Made by a program: the position numbers and the translations under genes. Positions 58,735 to 64,000 of a stretch of 64,000 nucleotides of DNA are shown here, one piece after another. This stretch comes from Candidatus Latescibacterota bacterium. GTDB lineage: Bacteria; Latescibacterota; UBA2968. A model generated the notes under the pieces. The model saw only the letters and a program-made list of their open reading frames with translations, was not told where the DNA came from and made no database searches. The stretch is taken from assembly GCA_965204745.1 (NCBI GenBank), contig OZ242010.1, positions 2,688,001 through 2,752,000 on the forward strand, written 5' to 3'. Positions within the stretch are counted from its first letter, which is position 1. Each line of letters starts with the position of its first letter.

Positions 58735-59852
58735 AAATCACTGATATTCGCACGATTCCGCTGTTTGGGGAAACGCCGATGACGGGCTGGACGCATGAAC
58801 CCGGGCCGGATGAGAATATGCACACCTTGGTCGAGGTGCAGACCGATGAGGGCATCAGCGGGGTAGGCAGTGTTTTTACCAGCAAGGCGTTGGTCGATGG
58901 GGCGATGGGGTTGTTGCGCCCCAAGCTGATGGGGGAAAACGCGCTGGAGCCAGAGCGCGTGGCTGAAAAACTGCACCAGATGACCTTTTGGCAAGGGCGC
59001 GGAGGCGCGATCACGCATGCGATCAGCGGTATTGACATCGCGCTGTGGGATATTTTCGGCAAAGCGGTCGGGCAACCGGTGGGGCGCTTGCTCGGCGGGT
59101 ATTACCGGGAGCGGATCAAGCCTTATGGATCGATTCTCTTTGAAGATCCAGAGACATTTCCCACTACATTGCAAAACGCGCTCGACCGAGGATTCAGGGC
59201 ACTCAAGTTGGGTTGGGGAGCGTTTGGGCGCATCGACCGGCGCGTGGATGAACGCTTGGTCAAAATCGCCCGAGACACCTGTGGCCCGGAGGTTGAACTC
59301 ATGGTCGATGCGGGTGGGAGCGATGCGTTTTGGCCGCACAATTACAAATGGGCGATAGAGACCGCGCGCATGCTCCGGGATTACGATATCACCTGGTTTG
59401 AAGAAGCCCTGCCGCCCGACGATATCGAAGGCCATATCGAGTTGCGCGAACATTCGCCCGTTCCCATTGCCGGGGGCGAAGTGTTCACCCGGCGGCAGAG
59501 TTTTATGCCGTGGATCGAACGCGGCGCGTACGATATCATCCAGCCCGATGTCACCAAAGTGGGGGGCATTTCCGAAGTGCGGCGGTTGATTTGGTATGCG
59601 TATGACCACAATGTTTTGGTCGTCACGCACGGGTGGAATACCGCGATTGGCCTGGTCGCCGATCTCCACTTGGCGGCGGCGCATCCGATTGCGCGCTGGG
59701 TGGAATACATCACCCCATCGCCCTATATCGAGGACATTGTCACCACGCGGTTCGCGCTCGACGCGGATGGCCTACTCGCCATTCCCACTGCGCCGGGCTT
59801 GGGCATAGAACTCGACTGGGATGCGGTGCGCCATTACGCGGAAAAAAAATAA
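58731..59852 (+). CDS. Mandelate racemase/enolase-superfamily dehydratase
   Basis: ISGIDIALWD, KLGW, MVDAG, WFEE, GGE, QPD. Confidence 0.92.
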   Translation: MKITDIRTIPLFGETPMTGWTHEPGPDENMHTLVEVQTDEGISGVGSVFTSKALVDGAMGLLRPKLMGENALEPERVAEKLHQMTFWQGRGGAITHAISGIDIALWDIFGKAVGQPVGRLLGGYYRERIKPYGSILFEDPETFPTTLQNALDRGFRALKLGWGAFGRIDRRVDERLVKIARDTCGPEVELMVDAGGSDAFWPHNYKWAIETARMLRDYDITWFEEALPPDDIEGHIELREHSPVPIAGGEVFTRRQSFMPWIERGAYDIIQPDVTKVGGISEVRRLIWYAYDHNVLVVTHGWNTAIGLVADLHLAAAHPIARWVEYITPSPYIEDIVTTRFALDADGLLAIPTAPGLGIELDWDAVRHYAEKK

Positions 59853-59916
59853 ACGAATCCCGACCAACCCGACCATAGCCCCAAAATCCGATGCACTTTG
59901 ATTTGAGGAGGAAGTT

Positions 59917-60867
59917 ATGAGAACAGCGTTGATGAGTCTGATCGTCGCCAGTCTCTGGTTTGGATGCGAGTCGTCACCACAGATAGAAGATCGCGGGAAA
60001 CCCTTCAAGTTTCTCCTCGATTGGCAGGCAGAGCCGACGTATCTCGGCATTTACCTCGGCAAGGCCCGGGGCGGGTTTGCGCGTCTTGGTTTGGATGTGG
60101 AGATCGTGCAGTCTTGGGGGGCGAATGCCGCGGCGTCTGCTGTGGCCGCGGGCGAATACGAGATCGCAACCGCTTCGGGGGGCGCGACAGTGATTGCGAG
60201 TAGCAATGGTGCGCGCTTGGTTTCGACCGCTGTGTTGTATCCGCGGTTGCCCACGGTGATCTACGGGCTTGCGGTGCAGGGCGTCCACGCACCGGGGGAT
60301 TTGGTCCGCAAGAAGGTGGGCGTCTATGAACAGAGCATCAACAAGAACGAGTTTGAGGCGTTTTTGAAACTCACGGGCATTGCGGCAAACGATGTTGAAC
60401 TCGTTTCGATCAGCGGCCCGGACATTCCAATATTGCTCGACGGGCAGGCCGATGCGGTGCTGCATTACTTCGAGATGAGTCCGACCCGCCTTGCCCTTGA
60501 GCGGGAGACGTTTCAACTTTCGCTGGACGAGTACGGGGTGAAGGGGTATAGCTTGAACCTGATCACGTCGGCAGAGACGTACGCACGCGAGCGGGAGTTG
60601 ATCGACAATGTGACGGTTGCGGTGCTGGACGGGTACCGCGAGGGTTGCGCGGATCAGCCCGCGGCAGTGCGGACGTTTTTGGAGATTTTCCCAGACAAAG
60701 ACGCGCGGTATGTCGAGAAGAGTTGGGCGAGCGTGTGCGCGTTTATCGGCGAGGATGTCGGGCAACAGACCGCAGAGGGCTGGCAGACGACGATTGATCT
60801 CTATGGTAGCGTGGGCCTGCTCGGCAATACCCCGGTCACGCCTGCGGATATCCTGCCTCCAAAGTAG
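59917..60867 (+). CDS. NMT1/THI5-like ABC substrate-binding lipoprotein
   Basis: Lipobox-like WFGC, LDW, GLDVEI. Confidence 0.8.
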   Translation: MRTALMSLIVASLWFGCESSPQIEDRGKPFKFLLDWQAEPTYLGIYLGKARGGFARLGLDVEIVQSWGANAAASAVAAGEYEIATASGGATVIASSNGARLVSTAVLYPRLPTVIYGLAVQGVHAPGDLVRKKVGVYEQSINKNEFEAFLKLTGIAANDVELVSISGPDIPILLDGQADAVLHYFEMSPTRLALERETFQLSLDEYGVKGYSLNLITSAETYARERELIDNVTVAVLDGYREGCADQPAAVRTFLEIFPDKDARYVEKSWASVCAFIGEDVGQQTAEGWQTTIDLYGSVGLLGNTPVTPADILPPK

Positions 60868-60900
60868 TGCTATAACTGTGTATTTTCGGTGGAGTTGACG

Positions 60901-61680
60901 ATGGCAAATATCCTTTCCCCATACCGGCCCGATCCGAAAGCCTGCGCGGTTGCCCGTGCGGTTGAGGAGGCGATTCATCCGGATAGGGTCATCCTGTTTG
61001 GATCGCGTGCTCGGGGCGACTTTAACGCGGATTCCGACATCGATCTGCTCATCATCACAGACGCTGAGCGGCGGGATAAGTGGGAATCTGAACGGAACCG
61101 AGTGGTGGCACATCGCAAGATCGAGGAAGTGTATGACCATTGGGTCGGCGTGGACTTGGTTCACATGAGCGAGGCTGCGTTTCACTATGGTCGCCGTGCG
61201 CGCAATCACCTAGCAGGGCAAGCCGTGCGCGATGGCTTTGACGCGAATGGAGATAAGGTGAATTACGATAATCCTGAGCCAACGAATTGGCCCGACATCC
61301 GGCAACGCATTGCAAACGCCGAGCGAGAACTCAAGGCTATGGAAGTGTTAGTTGAAGGAGAAGGCCCTCAAGAAGCCATTGGCTTTCACGCACAGCAGGC
61401 GATAGAAAACGCGCTGAAGGGGTGGATTTCCGCGCTGGATGCCGATTATGGGAATACCCACGATTTGGGCACATTGATGGCGATAGTGCGCCGGCATCCC
61501 GACGAGAATGACACGTACGCTGGCGAACGATTGATGTGGTTGAGCGACTATGCGGTTGAGTACCGCTATGAGGGCGCGAGGGTGGAGATGGACGACCGCT
61601 TTGGGTTGCTCGAAGGCGTCACCGAGACCGTGCATGCCATCATTGATCGCATCCGTGCGCTGACCGGTAAGCGTGAATAG
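60901..61680 (+). CDS. MNT-HEPN fusion protein, copy 1
   Basis: LFGSRARGD...SDIDL; FHAQQAIENALKG, THDL. Confidence 0.9.
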   Translation: MANILSPYRPDPKACAVARAVEEAIHPDRVILFGSRARGDFNADSDIDLLIITDAERRDKWESERNRVVAHRKIEEVYDHWVGVDLVHMSEAAFHYGRRARNHLAGQAVRDGFDANGDKVNYDNPEPTNWPDIRQRIANAERELKAMEVLVEGEGPQEAIGFHAQQAIENALKGWISALDADYGNTHDLGTLMAIVRRHPDENDTYAGERLMWLSDYAVEYRYEGARVEMDDRFGLLEGVTETVHAIIDRIRALTGKRE

Positions 61681-61726
61681 ATCGGGTAGATGAGGACATG
61701 ATATGTACCAAATCGGGAAATTGACC

Positions 61727-62506
61727 ATGCCAAGTATTCTATTTCCATGCCGGCCCGATCCGAAAGCCTGCGCGGTTGCCCGTGCGGTTGAGGAGGCGAT
61801 TCATCCGGATAGGGTCATCCTGTTCGGCTCGCGCGCTCGGGGCGACTTTAACGCGGATTCCGACATCGATCTGCTCATCATCACCGACGCTGAGCGGCGG
61901 GATAAATGGGAATACGTGCGGCACAGCGAGGTGGCGCATCGCAAGAGCGAGGAAGTGTACAAGCAGTGGGTCGGCGTGGATTTGGTTCACATGAGCGAGG
62001 CTACGTTTCACTATGGTCGGCGCGCACGCAATCACATAGCAGGGCAAGCCGTGCGCGATGGCTTTGATGCGAATGGAGACAAGGTGAATTACGATAACCC
62101 CAAACCGACGAATTGGCCCGACATAAGGCAACGCATTGCAAACGCCGAGCGAGAACTCCGCGTTTTGACTATCCTCGTTGAAGCAGACGCCGACCAAGAA
62201 GCCATTGGCTTTCACGCGCAACAAGCGATAGAGAACGCGCTGAAGGGATGGATTTCCGCGCTGGATGCCGATTATGGGAATACCCACGATTTGGGAACAT
62301 TAATGGCGATAGTCCGCCAGCATCCCGACGAGAACGATACACCGGCCGGCGAACGATTGACGTGGTTGAGCAAGTATGCGGTCACGTACCGCTATGAGGG
62401 CGCGGTGGTAGAGATAGAGGACCGCTTCGCGTTGCTCGAAGGCGTCACCGAGACCGTGCATGCCATCATTGACCGCATCCGTGCGCTGGCCGGTAAGCGT
62501 GAATAG
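61727..62506 (+). CDS. MNT-HEPN fusion protein, copy 2
   Basis: Same motifs as copy 1. Confidence 0.9.
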   Translation: MPSILFPCRPDPKACAVARAVEEAIHPDRVILFGSRARGDFNADSDIDLLIITDAERRDKWEYVRHSEVAHRKSEEVYKQWVGVDLVHMSEATFHYGRRARNHIAGQAVRDGFDANGDKVNYDNPKPTNWPDIRQRIANAERELRVLTILVEADADQEAIGFHAQQAIENALKGWISALDADYGNTHDLGTLMAIVRQHPDENDTPAGERLTWLSKYAVTYRYEGAVVEIEDRFALLEGVTETVHAIIDRIRALAGKRE

Positions 62507-62561
62507 GCCGTGTAGATGAGGACATGAGATGAGCAGTATGTACCAAATCGGGAAATTGACC

Positions 62562-63341
62562 ATGCCAAGTATTCTATCCCCATACCGCCCTGATCCGAAA
62601 GCCTGCGCGGTTGCTCGCGCGGTTGAGGAGGCGATTCATCCGGATAGGGTCATCCTGTTCGGCTCGCGCGCTCGGGGCGACTTTAACGCGGATTCCGACA
62701 TCGATCTGCTCATCATCACCGACGCTGAGCGGCGGGATAAATGGGAATACGTGCGGCACAGCGAGGTGGCACATCGCAAGAGCGAAGAAGTGTACGAGCA
62801 GTGGGTCGGCGTGGATTTGGTTCACATGAGCGAGGCTGCGTTTCACTATGGTCGGCGTGCGCGCAATCACATAGCAGGGCAAGCCGTGCGCGATGGCTTT
62901 GACGCGAATGGAGACAAGGTGAATTACGATAATCCTGAGCCGACGAATTGGCCCGACATACGACAGCGCATTGCAAACGCCGAGCGAGAACTCTCGGACC
63001 TGGAAAAGCTGATCGAAGTGGGCGGTTCGCAAGAGGCGATTGGTTTTCACGCACAGCAAGCGATAGAGAACGCGCTGAAGGGTTGGATTTCCGCACTAAA
63101 TGCCGACTATCGGAACACCCATGATTTGGGAGCGTTGATAGCGATAGTCCGGCAACATCCCGACGAGAACGATACACCGGCCGGCGAACGATTGACGTGG
63201 TTGAGCAAGTATGCGGTCACGTACCGCTATGAGGGCGCGGTGGTAGAGATGGACGACCGCTTCGCGTTGCTCAAAGGCGTCACCGAGACCGTGCATGCCA
63301 TCATTGACCGCATCCGTGCGCTGACCGGTAAGGGTGAATAG
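62562..63341 (+). CDS. MNT-HEPN fusion protein, copy 3
   Basis: Same motifs as copy 1. Confidence 0.9.
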   Translation: MPSILSPYRPDPKACAVARAVEEAIHPDRVILFGSRARGDFNADSDIDLLIITDAERRDKWEYVRHSEVAHRKSEEVYEQWVGVDLVHMSEAAFHYGRRARNHIAGQAVRDGFDANGDKVNYDNPEPTNWPDIRQRIANAERELSDLEKLIEVGGSQEAIGFHAQQAIENALKGWISALNADYRNTHDLGALIAIVRQHPDENDTPAGERLTWLSKYAVTYRYEGAVVEMDDRFALLKGVTETVHAIIDRIRALTGKGE

Positions 63342-63393
63342 ATGGTATAGATGCGGAAAGGTGAGCAGTATGTACCAAATCGGGAAATTGACC

Positions 63394-64000
63394 ATGCCGA
63401 GTATTCTATCCCCATACCGCCCTGATCCGAAAGCCTGCGCGGTTGCCCGTGCGGTTGAGGAGGCGATTCATCCGGATAGGGTCATCCTGTTTGGCTCGCG
63501 CGCTCGGGGCGACTTTAACGCGGATTCCGACATCGATCTGCTCATCATCACAGACGCTGAGCGGCGGGATAAATGGGAATACGTGCGGCACAGCGAGGTG
63601 GCGCATCGCAAGAGCGAGGAAGTGTACGAGCATTGGGTCGGCGTGGACTTGGTTCACATGAGCGAGGCTGCATTTCACTATGGTCGGCGCGCGCGCAATC
63701 ACATAGCAGGGCAAGCCGTGCGCGATGGCTTTGACGCGAATGGAGATAAGGTGAATTACGATAATCCCAAACCGACGAATTGGCCCGATATACGACAGCG
63801 CATTGAAAACGCCGAGCGTTGTCTCACTGATATGGAAGTTCTCGTTGAGGATTCCCGTTCTTCCCAAGAAATTATCGGATTTACCGCACAGCAGGCGATA
63901 GAGAACGCGCTGAAGGGGTGGATTTCCGCACTGGATGCCGACTATCGGAATACCCACGATTTGGGAACATTGATGGCGATAGTCCGCCGGCATCCCGATG
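63394..64000 (+). CDS. MNT-HEPN fusion protein, copy 4 (runs off window)
   Basis: Same frame and motifs; no stop before the window edge. Confidence 0.88.
   Translation, partial: MPSILSPYRPDPKACAVARAVEEAIHPDRVILFGSRARGDFNADSDIDLLIITDAERRDKWEYVRHSEVAHRKSEEVYEHWVGVDLVHMSEAAFHYGRRARNHIAGQAVRDGFDANGDKVNYDNPKPTNWPDIRQRIENAERCLTDMEVLVEDSRSSQEIIGFTAQQAIENALKGWISALDADYRNTHDLGTLMAIVRRHPD

Noticed and set aside
61333-63864. DGR-type mutagenesis as source of the HEPN variable segment
   Set aside because: Differences are not confined to adenine positions, include a length change, and no RT or template repeat is in the window
1-64000. rRNA, tRNA or prophage genes
   Set aside because: None recognised by eye; a covariance-model scan would be needed to exclude small RNAs

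Overview
GC-rich bacterial chromosomal window, probably from an uncultured lineage (taxon not determinable from sequence alone). (1) 0.7-24.2 kb, minus strand: a type I restriction-modification operon (hsdM...hsdR, M48 peptidase) whose hsdM-hsdR interval is expanded to about 17 kb. It carries two hsdS genes with different TRDs, a Kiwa pair, a TIR-SLOG-TIR trio, a GHKL-ATPase/nuclease plus C5-methyltransferase, Fic, two RecG-C/Schlafen-like ATP-binding proteins and many truncated toxin-antitoxin pieces. These are organised around recurring anchor sequences, including three copies of a palindromic 10-7-10 site, one split by an IS701. (2) 24-46 kb: batB/batC interrupted by an IS110 whose bridge-RNA guides can be read off the sequence, metabolic genes, an orphan methyltransferase, murG and a surface-polysaccharide cluster. 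(3) 46-60 kb: a PVM-like bacterial microcompartment locus with inserted defence/TA genes, a sulfatase and an enolase-family enzyme. (4) 60.9-64 kb: a tandem array of at least 4 near-identical MNT-HEPN fusion genes with a 12-13-codon hypervariable segment. Intergenic DNA is rich in heptamer arrays, GTAG-type REPs and MITEs. All protein family calls come from motif recognition by eye, not from database searches.
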